Shown in pieces: positions 20,596-29,662 of a stretch of 64,000 nt of DNA. The notes under the pieces were generated by a model that saw only the letters and a list, made by a program, of their open reading frames with translations, made no database searches and was not told where the DNA came from. Made by a program: the position numbers and the translations under genes. The stretch spans positions 79,176 through 143,175 of the forward strand of contig DIWP01000048.1 in assembly GCA_002423545.1 (NCBI GenBank), in the 5' to 3' direction. The first letter of the stretch is position 1, and the number at the start of each line of letters is the position of its first letter. Origin of the DNA: Thermoleophilia bacterium UBA6103. Lineage in GTDB: Bacteria; Actinomycetota; Thermoleophilia; UBA2241.

Positions 20596-21158
20596 TGGCC
20601 AGCGACGAGCAGCGTCAGACCGACACGGGAGCGGAAGGCGCCGACTGGAGTGCGACTGCGACCGGGAGCTCGAGCAGCGACGAGCCGGCGTCTCTCGACA
20701 AGACCGCCGTCCTGAAGCTCCAGGCGGGCCGGGCCGATGTGCGCATGAGCGCCGTCGGCCTCCTCTCGACCGAGAGCGCGCAGCTCAAGATGAGCCCGGC
20801 CGCCCTGACGTACGCGCGCGGGCCGGTCGAACTCAAGCTGTCGTCGGCCAGCATGCTGGTCACCGGCGGCGACGTCAACGTGCAGTACGGCGGCGCGCAG
20901 ATCCTCGCGGCCGGCGGCGACGTGCGGCTCGCCACGGCGGCCGCCGGGGCGGTGGTCGCCCGCGAGGTCCGCGTGGAGCGCGGCCTGGTCGGCATGCTGG
21001 TGGCCCGCAACGCAGAGCTGGCCGACGGCGCCCGCGTCATCCTGCGCCCGTCCGGCGCCGCCGCGCTCGGCGCCGGCTTCGCCGGCGGTCTGCTGCTCGC
21101 GGTCGCCTTCCTCTGGCGGCTCCTGGCCGGCGGCCTCAAGCGGTCGGACGACGATTGA
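20595..21158 (+). CDS. hypothetical repeat-rich protein with a C-terminal membrane anchor
   Basis: High GC3 in frame. The start (GTG 20592 or ATG 20595) overlaps the purC stop. Recurrent short segments of the type A..V.L..S.A.LV.GGDV suggest a beta-solenoid or bactofilin-like fold. C-terminal TM helix GFAGGLLLAVAFLWRLLAG. Confidence 0.5.
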   Translation: MASDEQRQTDTGAEGADWSATATGSSSSDEPASLDKTAVLKLQAGRADVRMSAVGLLSTESAQLKMSPAALTYARGPVELKLSSASMLVTGGDVNVQYGGAQILAAGGDVRLATAAAGAVVAREVRVERGLVGMLVARNAELADGARVILRPSGAAALGAGFAGGLLLAVAFLWRLLAGGLKRSDDD

Positions 21159-22017
21159 CACGCGCCGAGCCGGCCCGCCACACCAGGCCGTATCGCGGCG
21201 CGAAGATGTACGCCACCAGGAAGAACCCGGTGGCCACCAGCACCACGGCCGCACCTGAGGAGACGTCCAGGTAGTAGCTGACATAGAGCCCGATGACGCT
21301 GGAGGCCACGCCGAGCAGCGCCGAGACGAGCATCATGCGCACCAGACGACGGGTCAGCAGGTAGGCGGTCGCCGCCGGAGTCACCAGCAGCGCCACGACC
21401 AGGCCGACGCCGACCGTGCGCAGAGAGATCACGATCGTGACCGCCAGGAGCAGCAGGAGCACCGTCCGGTAGACGCCCGGTCGCTTGCCGAGCGTGTGCG
21501 CCAGCAGCGGGTCGAAGGTGACCAGCAGGAACTCCTTGAACAGCAGGACCACCGTGGCCAGCACCATGACGGCCAGGCCGCCGCTGATGAACAGGTCCTC
21601 GCGGCCGACGCCGAGCAGGTCGCCGAAGAGGATATGCGTGAGATCGGTGGCGTAGGTCCGCACGGTGCTGATGAGCAGGACGCCGAGGGCCAGGGCCGCC
21701 GCGAAGAGGATGCCGATGGCGGTGTCTTCGCGGATCGTCCCGTGCTGCGCGAAGGCGCTGATGCCGAGGGCCACCAGCACGGCCGCGACCAGCGCGCCCA
21801 GCAGGGTGTTGGTCCCGGCCAGGTAGGCGACCGCGATGCCGGGCAGCACCGCGTGCGCCAGCGCGTCGCCGAGGAACGCCATGGAGCGCAGCACGACGTA
21901 GCACCCGAGCACGGCGCACACCACGCCGACGATGACGGCGGCGATCAGCGCCCGCTGCATGAAGGGGAGAGTGAACGGCTCCGTCAGCCAGTCCATCGGC
22001 GCCGTCCCTCGCAGCAC
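21136..22017 (-). CDS. znuB: metal (Zn/Mn-type) ABC transporter permease
   Basis: ABC-3 family pattern (FMQRALIA..., multiple TM helices). Last gene of the zur-znuA-znuC-znuB operon. Confidence 0.88.
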   Translation of the reverse strand: MLRGTAPMDWLTEPFTLPFMQRALIAAVIVGVVCAVLGCYVVLRSMAFLGDALAHAVLPGIAVAYLAGTNTLLGALVAAVLVALGISAFAQHGTIREDTAIGILFAAALALGVLLISTVRTYATDLTHILFGDLLGVGREDLFISGGLAVMVLATVVLLFKEFLLVTFDPLLAHTLGKRPGVYRTVLLLLLAVTIVISLRTVGVGLVVALLVTPAATAYLLTRRLVRMMLVSALLGVASSVIGLYVSYYLDVSSGAAVVLVATGFFLVAYIFAPRYGLVWRAGSARVNRRPTA

Positions 22018-22808
22018 TGATCGACGACGAGCATGCCGTCCAGCATGATCGCCCCGCCTCCAAACGCGGCCTGCACGTTGTCGGGGCGGAAGACGTCGGC
22101 CGGTGCGCCGTAGGCGACCAGTCGCCTGTTGAGCAGCGCCACCAGCTCGAAGCGTTCGCTGGCCAGGCGCAGGTCGTGGGTCGACACCAGAGCGGTGACT
22201 TCGCGTGCGCGCAGGTCCTCCAGCACCGACAGGACGCTCTCCCGTACGGCGGCGTCGACCCCGGTGAACGGCTCGTCCAGGAGGAGCACGTGCGGCTCCT
22301 GGGCCAGTGCGCGAGCCAGGAACACTCGCTGCTGCTGGCCGCCGGAGAGCTCCGCGATGGGGCGGTCGGCGAGCGGCGCCAGATCGAGGCCGGCCAGCGC
22401 CTCGTCCACCGCGGCGTGGTCCGCCGCCCGCAGGCGCCGCAGCGGACGTACGCGTCCGTAGCGCCCCATCGCGACCACGTCGCGCACGCTCACCGGGAAC
22501 CTCCAGTCGACCTCCTCCCGTTGCGGGACATAGGCGATCGGGTCCTCCTGGTCGTTCGGCGGCCGCCCGTGGATGCTGATCCGGCCGCTGCGCAGCGGCA
22601 ACAGGCCGACGAGCGCCTTGAACAACGTCGACTTGCCGGCGCCGTTGGGTCCCACCACGGCGACCTGGGCGCCGTGGGGCACCGTGAGCGAGACGTCGAG
22701 AAGCGCCGGCGCCTGCCTGCCGTACGAGACGCTGGCGGCCGTGAGCGTCAGCGACCCGTCGCGAGGCGGACCGCCTGCAGACCCCTCTGAGTGCCGGCCA
22801 CGACTCAC
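21984..22808 (-). CDS. znuC: metal ABC transporter ATP-binding protein
   Basis: Walker A GPNGAGKST, signature LSGGQQQR, Walker B LLLDEP. Its GTG start overlaps the znuA stop (GTGA). Confidence 0.9.
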   Translation of the reverse strand: MSRGRHSEGSAGGPPRDGSLTLTAASVSYGRQAPALLDVSLTVPHGAQVAVVGPNGAGKSTLFKALVGLLPLRSGRISIHGRPPNDQEDPIAYVPQREEVDWRFPVSVRDVVAMGRYGRVRPLRRLRAADHAAVDEALAGLDLAPLADRPIAELSGGQQQRVFLARALAQEPHVLLLDEPFTGVDAAVRESVLSVLEDLRAREVTALVSTHDLRLASERFELVALLNRRLVAYGAPADVFRPDNVQAAFGGGAIMLDGMLVVDQCCEGRRRWTG

Positions 22809-23887
22809 GGCTTCAGCGCCTCCACGATGCGCTCGGTGTTGTACCTCATCATCTCGAGATAGCTCGGCGCCACGCCGTCGGTCTCACTGAGCGAACCGGT
22901 GTACAGATCGTCGACCACGGCGATGCCGGTGTCGGCGGCGATCTGACTTGCCAGCCGCGGGTTCTCGCCTGTCTGCACGAAGATGGCCGGCACTCCTTCG
23001 CGCTCGATGGTCTCCAGCAGCTCGGCGAGGTCTCTGGCCGTCGGCGCCGAGCCGGTGCTGACGCTGGGTATCACGGCGCCGACCACATCGAACCCGTAGC
23101 GGTCGGCCCAGTAGCCATGACTCGCGTGGTTCATCACCAGCTTGCGTCGCTCCGCCGGCAGCGCCGCCACCTGCTCGCTCGTCCACGCATCCAACTCGGT
23201 CAGCTCCCGATCGAACGCCTCCGCGCCGGCCGCATATTCGGCCGCGTGGGTCGGGTCGGCCCTCTCGAAGGCGGCCGCGATGTTCTGGACGTACGTCCGC
23301 ACCAGCACGGGATCGAGCCAGAAGTGCGGATCGGCCTCACCCTCGTGCGCCTGCTCGTCGGCGTCCTCCTCTGCCTCCTCGGCATGTTCCTCGCCGTCGG
23401 CCACGTGACCCGGCTCGCCGGGAGCGGGAGTCCGCGACGTGAGGCCCTCTGACGCCACCACGATGCTGCTCTCATCGACGTCGTTCAGGTAGTCCTCGAG
23501 GTCGCCTTCCAGTCCGGCGCCGTTGACGATCACCAGATCGGCGCCGACGATGCGCCTGAGGTCACCCGGCGTGGGTTCAAACGAATGCGGATCGGTGCCC
23601 GGAGGGATGAGGGCTTCGATCCGGAAGCGGTCGCCGGCGACCTGTTGGGCGATGTCGGCCAGCACGCTCGTGGTCGCCACGACCTTGAGACCCTCGCCGT
23701 CCGACGGACCACCGACCGAGCCGACTGAGCTTCCGCCGCAGCCCAGCAGCCAGGACGCCAGGCCTGCCAGCGCCAGTCCCGTCAGCATCACGATGGTCCG
23801 GCGTCCCGCCCTCGACATCCGCCGTCCTGCGGCGTCCGTGCGCCCGCCGCTGCCGTCCACCGGACCTGTTGCCTTCGTTGGGCTCAC
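22805..23887 (-). CDS. znuA: metal ABC substrate-binding lipoprotein with a His/Asp/Glu-rich loop
   Basis: Lipobox LLGCGG. ZnuA/TroA-type fold motifs. The acidic His-rich insert GHVADGEEHAEEAEEDADEQAHEGEADPH is typical of Zn-specific ZnuA. The start is either GTG 23887 (overlapping the zur stop) or an internal ATG. Confidence 0.85.
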   Translation of the reverse strand: MSPTKATGPVDGSGGRTDAAGRRMSRAGRRTIVMLTGLALAGLASWLLGCGGSSVGSVGGPSDGEGLKVVATTSVLADIAQQVAGDRFRIEALIPPGTDPHSFEPTPGDLRRIVGADLVIVNGAGLEGDLEDYLNDVDESSIVVASEGLTSRTPAPGEPGHVADGEEHAEEAEEDADEQAHEGEADPHFWLDPVLVRTYVQNIAAAFERADPTHAAEYAAGAEAFDRELTELDAWTSEQVAALPAERRKLVMNHASHGYWADRYGFDVVGAVIPSVSTGSAPTARDLAELLETIEREGVPAIFVQTGENPRLASQIAADTGIAVVDDLYTGSLSETDGVAPSYLEMMRYNTERIVEALKP

Positions 23888-24429
23888 GGCGTACCTGCCC
23901 TTCTGCCGGATGACGTTTGCTTCGGCGCGGGGTGGGAGCGGTGATCCGGCGACGCATCGCCTCGCCGCTTCAGCCGGCAGTCCCGGCAGACTCCGCTGAA
24001 CTGAAGGAAGTGGTCGTCGATGCTGAATCCGGTCTCGGCGGCCGCCGCATTCGCCACGGGTTCGATGTGGCAGTGGGTGAATTCTTCGGCGCGCCCGCAG
24101 AGGGTGCAGACCACGGTGTGACCGTGCTTGTGGCCGGCAGCCACGAAGGCTTCACACCGCTGCTGCCCGTGCACACGTCGCACGACACCGACGTCGGCCA
24201 GCGTATCGAGGGCGCGGTAGACGGTCATGAGACCGATCTCCGGCCGGACCCTGCGCGCACGATCGTGGACCTGCGCCGCCGTCACCGGCTGGTGAGCACC
24301 GAGCACGGCCTCTGCGACAGCACGACGCTGCGGCGTGTAGCGCATGCCACGCACACCCAGTCGGCGCCCGACCTCGTCGAGCGCCTCCCTGAGGTCGGGG
24401 CCCGCCTGGGCCCGGCTCCGGATCGCCAT
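23884..24429 (-). CDS. zur: Fur-family metalloregulator, probably Zur
   Basis: MRYTPQRRAV...LMTVYRALD...HGH..VC..CG....H... C-terminal CRDC (structural CxxC pairs). First gene of the znu operon. The ATG at 24429 is preceded by GAGGAGG. Confidence 0.86.
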   Translation of the reverse strand: MAIRSRAQAGPDLREALDEVGRRLGVRGMRYTPQRRAVAEAVLGAHQPVTAAQVHDRARRVRPEIGLMTVYRALDTLADVGVVRRVHGQQRCEAFVAAGHKHGHTVVCTLCGRAEEFTHCHIEPVANAAAAETGFSIDDHFLQFSGVCRDCRLKRRGDASPDHRSHPAPKQTSSGRRAGTP

Positions 24430-24551
24430 CAGGCAGCCTCCTCGCCGACGGGGATCCCCGGGACAACGACAGCGCCGGCCGCTCGCCCGGGCGCCGTCCC
24501 CGCGGTGCCCACGGCAGCGCGCGATGATCCTCTGGACCAGAGGATCATAAC

Positions 24552-24570
24552 GGTAACGATTATCATTATC
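24552..24570. promoter_or_regulatory. Fur/Zur-type operator
   Basis: The reverse complement GATAATGATAATCGTTACC matches the classical 19-bp Fur box GATAATGATAATCATTATC at 17/19 positions (my count). It is the only AT-rich island in the zur/qor divergent intergenic region. Confidence 0.6.
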
Positions 24571-24688
24571 AAGAAGCTCCCAGCGCACAGCTCCCGCAGA
24601 TGGACAAGCGCGACCGACGCGCGTAGCTTGAACGGCAGGACAACGCGCAGTGGAGGGCGCCGCGCGAGGAGACCGGGGGAGGAGCACG

Positions 24689-25672
24689 ATGCGAGCGATC
24701 GTCGTCAGTGAGCTCGGCGGGCCCGAGGTGATGCACATCGAGGAGCTGCCGACGCCGGCGCCCGGTCCGGGCGAGCTTCTCGTCCGGGTCAAGGCAGCCG
24801 GCGTCAATCCAGTCGACACGTACATCCGGGCCGGCGTCGGCGCGCGGCCGGCCCTGCCCTACACGCCGGGCGACGACGGCGCCGGCGAGCTCGCCGGCTT
24901 CGGTGAGGGCACCGAAGAGAGCGGCCGGAGAGCCGGAGACCGTGTCTACCTGAGCGGATCGCTGACGGGGACCTACGCCGAGTACGCCGTCTGCCGACGG
25001 GACCAGGTGAACCCGCTGCCGTCGCGAGCAAGCTTCGTCGAAGGGGCGGCGATCGGTGTACCGTACCTCACCGCGTACCGGGCCCTGTTCCAGCGCGCCG
25101 CCGCGCGGGCCGGCGAGACCGTCCTGGTCCACGGCGCCACCGGCGGCGTCGGTCTGGCGGCGGTGCAGCTCGCCGCCGCCGCGGACCTCACGGTCATCGC
25201 CACCGGGGGTAGCGACGAAGGCCGTCGTCTGGCACTGGCCAACGGCGCCTCCCAGGTGCTCGATCACGGCGCCGCCGATCACTTCGATGCCGTGTTCCAG
25301 CTCACGGATGACCGCGGTGTCGACGTCATCCTCGAGATGCGCAGCGACCTCAATCTGGGCCGCGACCTGCCACTGCTGGCCGGCGGCGGCCGGGTGGTGT
25401 GCATCGGCAACCGCGGCTCTCGCAACGAGGGTCAGGTGGCCGTGAACGCCCGGGACCTCATGCGCTGCGACGGTGTCATCCTCGGCATGCTGCTCCCCAA
25501 CGCCGACATAGAGTCGCTCGCGGCCGCTCACCGAGCACTCGACAAAGGGCTGGCGGCGGGCGAGTTGCGGCCGGTCGTGACTCGCGAGCTGCGGCTGGAA
25601 GAGGCAGCCCGTGCGCATCGCGAGGTCATGCAGTCGCCGAGCCTGGGTAACATCGTTCTGTTGACGGAGTGA
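24689..25672 (+). CDS. qor: NADPH:quinone oxidoreductase (zeta-crystallin-like MDR)
   Basis: MRAIVVSELGGPEVM...VKAAGVNPVDTYIR.G......PYTPG.D.AG...VLVHGATGGVG. GGGGGAGGA lies upstream of the ATG. Confidence 0.9.
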   Translation: MRAIVVSELGGPEVMHIEELPTPAPGPGELLVRVKAAGVNPVDTYIRAGVGARPALPYTPGDDGAGELAGFGEGTEESGRRAGDRVYLSGSLTGTYAEYAVCRRDQVNPLPSRASFVEGAAIGVPYLTAYRALFQRAAARAGETVLVHGATGGVGLAAVQLAAAADLTVIATGGSDEGRRLALANGASQVLDHGAADHFDAVFQLTDDRGVDVILEMRSDLNLGRDLPLLAGGGRVVCIGNRGSRNEGQVAVNARDLMRCDGVILGMLLPNADIESLAAAHRALDKGLAAGELRPVVTRELRLEEAARAHREVMQSPSLGNIVLLTE

Positions 25673-25708
25673 ACGCTACGGCGTCAACGGCGCCGGGGAG
25701 GTAGGACG

Positions 25709-26107
25709 ATGACCGAGAAGACCTACACGGAACGCATCAAGGTGGCCGGCGACCAGATACTGTCGGTCGTCAGGACGGTCATCCACGAAGGCAACGTCCG
25801 CCGGCTGATCATCCGCAACGAGGACGACCGGGTCCTGATCGAGATCCCGGTGACCTTCGGCGTGGTCGGTGTCCTGGTGGCGCCGGTGGCGGCCGCTCTG
25901 GGCGCCATCGCCGCTCTGGTGACCCACTGCACCATCGAGATCGAACGCGTGGGCGAGCCACCCCGGCCGTCGACGTCCGGTGAGAAGCCGGCAGGGGAAG
26001 CGGCAGCGTCCGCCGAGCAGCCGGCGGAAGAAGCGGCCGCGGATGAGGCGGCGGAGAAGGCAGACGCGGACGAGCAGGTCTCCGGCGCAGCGGCAGACGT
26101 CACGTAA
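25709..26107 (+). CDS. DUF4342-like small protein
   Basis: YTERIKVAGDQILSVVRTVIHEGNVRRLIIRNEDDRVLIEIPVTFGVVGVLVAP pattern, followed by an acidic, Ala-rich tail. Confidence 0.65.
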   Translation: MTEKTYTERIKVAGDQILSVVRTVIHEGNVRRLIIRNEDDRVLIEIPVTFGVVGVLVAPVAAALGAIAALVTHCTIEIERVGEPPRPSTSGEKPAGEAAASAEQPAEEAAADEAAEKADADEQVSGAAADVT

Positions 26108-26159
26108 GCTGAGGCCGAGGGGCGTCGACCGGCGGCCTGGCCACCGGCGGCACCCGCGT

Positions 26160-26181
26160 GGATCGCCGTCGTCGGCGATCC
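26160..26181. terminator. 9-bp stem hairpin between convergent genes
   Basis: GGATCGCCG-TCGT-CGGCGATCC. Confidence 0.35.
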
Positions 26182-26197
26182 CTGGTCGCGGCGGGAG

Positions 26198-27133
26198 CTA
26201 GCTCAGCAGCCCCTCGATGATGAGCTCCACGGCATCGTCTTCGGTGAGGCCGCGCGACATGATGGTCTGCAGCTGACGGGAGTCGACGCTGCCGATGGCA
26301 GCCTCGTGCGTGACGTGCGCCTTCGGATGGCGCACCTCGACGATCGGAACGGCCCGTGCCACCGCCTGCTCCTGCACGATCTCCTTACAGTCGACGTGAC
26401 CGCGGGCGTACGCCGCCGCGGCCGTGATCGTGTTGAAGACCTCGGCGCGGGCCGTGTCGCGCAGGGCCATGTGGCTCTGCAGGACGGCCCTTGCATACTC
26501 ACCCACCAGGTGGCCGGTCTCGTGGATCACGATGCTGTCGGCGCCGCGACCGATCAGGCGGGCGATCATCTCCAGCACCGCGTGCGCCTCGCAGGTGACC
26601 TCGTAGTCGATGTCCATGGCGCCGACGCGCCCCTTGAGGAGCTCGAACTCGGTGCGGAAACGAGCCCCCTCACCGAGATGCACCTTCGCTTTGGGCACCA
26701 CCAGCACGCCGCCGTCGGGTCCGTGCACGTGACGCTCGAAGTAGCGGTACTCGGCGCCGGGCTCGACGCGGATCTCGGCGTCCATGGCATGGGTGACGTC
26801 GACCGCGTTGGGGAACGTGCAGTGGGCCAGCACACTCGCCGAGGCCTCTTCGCGGATCTCCACGTCCATGACGATGTGCTGCATCCCGGTCTGCGGCAGC
26901 AGGCCGAAGCACATGTGGACCGGCTTGAGGAGTCGCGTGCCGCGTTCCACGACGATGTGCGCCTCGATGCCGTCCTCGATCTCCTGCGTCTCGATCTGGA
27001 GCCCGGGCACGAGATGGGCGCCGACGACCTCATTGCCGTGCACCTCGAGATGGGCCACGTCGTCGCCGGCGGCATGGCCGCCGAACTCGGCGACAGAATC
27101 GAGCAGGCTGCGAGCCAGGTCGACGGCGCTCAT
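26198..27133 (-). CDS. short SufB/SufD-family Fe-S cluster scaffold protein
   Basis: 311-aa SufBD-type beta-helix protein with the C-terminal pattern HEAAIGSVDSRQLQTIMSRGLTEDDAVELIIEGL. Its ATG overlaps the upstream ATPase stop (ATGA). Confidence 0.82.
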   Translation of the reverse strand: MSAVDLARSLLDSVAEFGGHAAGDDVAHLEVHGNEVVGAHLVPGLQIETQEIEDGIEAHIVVERGTRLLKPVHMCFGLLPQTGMQHIVMDVEIREEASASVLAHCTFPNAVDVTHAMDAEIRVEPGAEYRYFERHVHGPDGGVLVVPKAKVHLGEGARFRTEFELLKGRVGAMDIDYEVTCEAHAVLEMIARLIGRGADSIVIHETGHLVGEYARAVLQSHMALRDTARAEVFNTITAAAAYARGHVDCKEIVQEQAVARAVPIVEVRHPKAHVTHEAAIGSVDSRQLQTIMSRGLTEDDAVELIIEGLLS

Positions 27134-27906
27134 GCGGGTGCTCCTTCATCGTCCTGCAACGCGACACCCAGCTCGGCCGCCTCCTCCGCCACCGGCATGT
27201 TGGTGTGATCGCACGGTATGCAGCGATTCTCGAAGTAGCCGCTGATCTTCTCCACCGACCCCTTGTCCAGGAGCCGGCCGTTGCACATGAGGAAGGCGTG
27301 CTCGGCCTGACGCAGCACGGCCATGCTGTGGGTGATCAGGATGACGGTGACGCCGCCGGACTTCATCTCGCGCAGCGTCTCGAAGATGCGCTCGAGCGCT
27401 TCGACGTCGATGCCGGAGTCGGGCTCGTCCATGAGCACGATGCGCGGCCGCATAGCGAGGATAGAGGCCAGTTCGATGCGCTTGCGCTCGCCGCCGCTGA
27501 GCGTCTTGTCGACGGCCCTCTGCATGTACTTGTCGGGATCCAGCCCCACCTTCTCCAGAGCATTTCGGACGGTGGCCGTACCCCTGTCTCTGGCGCCGGC
27601 GGCGATGAAGCGATCCACGCGCAGACCCTCGAAACGGGCCGGCTCCTGCCAGGCCAGGGTGATCCCGCGACGGGCCCGCTCGTCGACCGGCACGTCCTGC
27701 AACGAACGGCCGTCGAGGATCACATCACCGGCGATGTCCGTGAAGCCGGGCAGCCCCATGATGACGCTCGCCAGCGTCGATTTGCCGGCGCCGTTGGGTC
27801 CGATGATGGCGTGGATGTGGCCCTCCCAGAAGTCGACCGAGAGGTCCTTGAGGATCTGCTTGTCGCCGAGAGTCAGCGACACGTCTCGTACTTCGAGTAC
27901 GCCCAT
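27130..27906 (-). CDS. sufC: SufC-like ABC ATPase
   Basis: Walker A GPNGAGKST, LSGGERKR, VLMDEPDSGIDVEAL, ITHS. C-terminal extension with CIPCDH. Confidence 0.88.
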   Translation of the reverse strand: MGVLEVRDVSLTLGDKQILKDLSVDFWEGHIHAIIGPNGAGKSTLASVIMGLPGFTDIAGDVILDGRSLQDVPVDERARRGITLAWQEPARFEGLRVDRFIAAGARDRGTATVRNALEKVGLDPDKYMQRAVDKTLSGGERKRIELASILAMRPRIVLMDEPDSGIDVEALERIFETLREMKSGGVTVILITHSMAVLRQAEHAFLMCNGRLLDKGSVEKISGYFENRCIPCDHTNMPVAEEAAELGVALQDDEGAPA

Positions 27907-27939
27907 GAGCCTGGTCCCTGTTGGAGAGTGGCTGTCCGC

Positions 27940-28104
27940 TCAGCCCTCGTAGGGCTCGAACATGTCCTTCTCGACGCCGCAGTCGGGGCAGACCCAGTCG
28001 TCCGGCAGGTCGTCCCAGGCCGTGCCCGGATCGACGCCGTTGTCCGGATCCCCGACCTCGGGATCGTAGATGTAGTCGCACACCGTGCAGATCCACTTCT
28101 GCAT
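27940..28104 (-). CDS. rubredoxin
   Basis: 54 aa: [23 protein letters not shown]...[17 protein letters not shown] (two CxxC knuckles). GGGAGAA lies upstream of the ATG at 28104. Confidence 0.92.
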   Translation of the reverse strand: MQKWICTVCDYIYDPEVGDPDNGVDPGTAWDDLPDDWVCPDCGVEKDMFEPYEG

Positions 28105-28282
28105 GAGGTTCTCCCTTCGACCGACCTGCGCCGTCGCCGGAGCGCGGGCACAGGACGTGGACGTGCGCGGACATTGTACACGCGTCCAACGGTCGCCATC
28201 CGTCGGTTGCGGACAGACCGCTGTGTTCGTCACACTCTCCTCACCGCCAGACCCGGGAGCCTGCCAGCAGGAGTGTGCCATC

Positions 28283-29566
28283 ATGTCGACGACCGCACAT
28301 CAGACCAGCGAGACCGTCCCCTGGCGCCGGCGGCCGGGGCTTGAGGCGATCGGCGGCCGTCTGGCGATCGCCGGACGCGATGCCGAACAGCTGGCTCGCG
28401 AGCACGGCACACCCCTGTACGTCTTCGACCTCGAGTACGTCCGCGAGCAGCTCGTCGCCCTGTGCAGCGCCCTCGAGAGAGCCGGCGTGCGGGGCCGTGT
28501 GCGCATCGCTCTCAAGGCCCTGCGCGACCCCGAGTACCTCGCCGTGGTCCGTTCGCTCGGCACGCCCGGCGGACCCGACGGCGTCGGCATCGACGCCTGC
28601 TCGCCGGGCGAGGTGGAGCACGCGCTCGCCAACGGCTTTCTGCCGCAGGAGGTCAGCGTCACCGCCACCAACCTCAGTGAGGCCGACTGCCGAACGATCC
28701 TGCAGCACCCGGTGCACGTCAACGCAGATCTCATCACACAGGTCGAGCGCATCGGACGGCTGAGCCCGGGACGGTCGATCGGCCTGCGCCTCAACCCGCG
28801 GGCGGGGGCGATCAACCGGCGTACCAGCCCGACGACCACCGTCTACAGCGGCGAACGACCGACCAAGTTCGGCATCTACCTCGAGGACCTGCCGGCCGCC
28901 GTGGAGGCGGCCCGGCGCCACGGGCTGCGTCTCGACACGGCCCACTTCCACGTCGCCAACGGCATCCTCACCGAGGATCTGCCCGACTACGAGAGGGCGG
29001 TCGCGGCGATGGCCGTGATGGTCGAACGCATGCTCGAGCTGGGGTGCACCATCCGCGAGATCAACGTGGGCGGCGGCCTCGGTGACTCGGCCCGCAGCTA
29101 CGTGACGCCGCTCGACCTCGATGCCTGGGCCGGCATCCTGAAACGCCACCTCGGCGACTTCGACGCGGTCATAGCCTGCGAGCCCGGCGAGTTCGTCGCC
29201 ATCGAGAGCGGCGTGCTGCTCGCCGAGGTGGTCACCGTGGAGCGCCGCCTCGGTCATCTGTTCGCGGGACTCGACGTGGGGTGGAACGTGATCAACCACC
29301 GCTTCGTGTACGGCCACGACATGGACCTGGTGCACTGCGCCAGGGCCGACGCCGCACCTGCCGACAACGTGACGTTCAGCGGCAACATCAACGAGGGGCC
29401 CGACCTCTTCGCCGACGATCTGCCGTTCCCGCCGGTCGAGGAGGGCGACATCGTCGCCATGCTCGGCACCGGCGCCTACTCGGTCACCAACTACCACGCC
29501 CACTGCCTGCGGCCGCCGGCCGGCATCGTCTTCTTCGCCGACCGGCTGCCGGTCGGCCGGCAGTAG
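28283..29566 (+). CDS. PLP-dependent decarboxylase, diaminopimelate/ornithine decarboxylase fold (LysA-like)
   Basis: [13 protein letters not shown] (PLP Lys), CSPGE, a GGG loop (INVGGGLG), and EPGEF. ATG at 28283. Substrate not assignable from sequence alone. Confidence 0.82.
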   Translation: MSTTAHQTSETVPWRRRPGLEAIGGRLAIAGRDAEQLAREHGTPLYVFDLEYVREQLVALCSALERAGVRGRVRIALKALRDPEYLAVVRSLGTPGGPDGVGIDACSPGEVEHALANGFLPQEVSVTATNLSEADCRTILQHPVHVNADLITQVERIGRLSPGRSIGLRLNPRAGAINRRTSPTTTVYSGERPTKFGIYLEDLPAAVEAARRHGLRLDTAHFHVANGILTEDLPDYERAVAAMAVMVERMLELGCTIREINVGGGLGDSARSYVTPLDLDAWAGILKRHLGDFDAVIACEPGEFVAIESGVLLAEVVTVERRLGHLFAGLDVGWNVINHRFVYGHDMDLVHCARADAAPADNVTFSGNINEGPDLFADDLPFPPVEEGDIVAMLGTGAYSVTNYHAHCLRPPAGIVFFADRLPVGRQ

Positions 29567-29662
29567 CGGGGACATCGGGGGTGTGCGGCGCGAGCGGGCG
29601 GTGTGGACTACCGGCGACGCGCACCGCGTGCTCTCGACCATGCCACCGGTCGACGAGACCCG

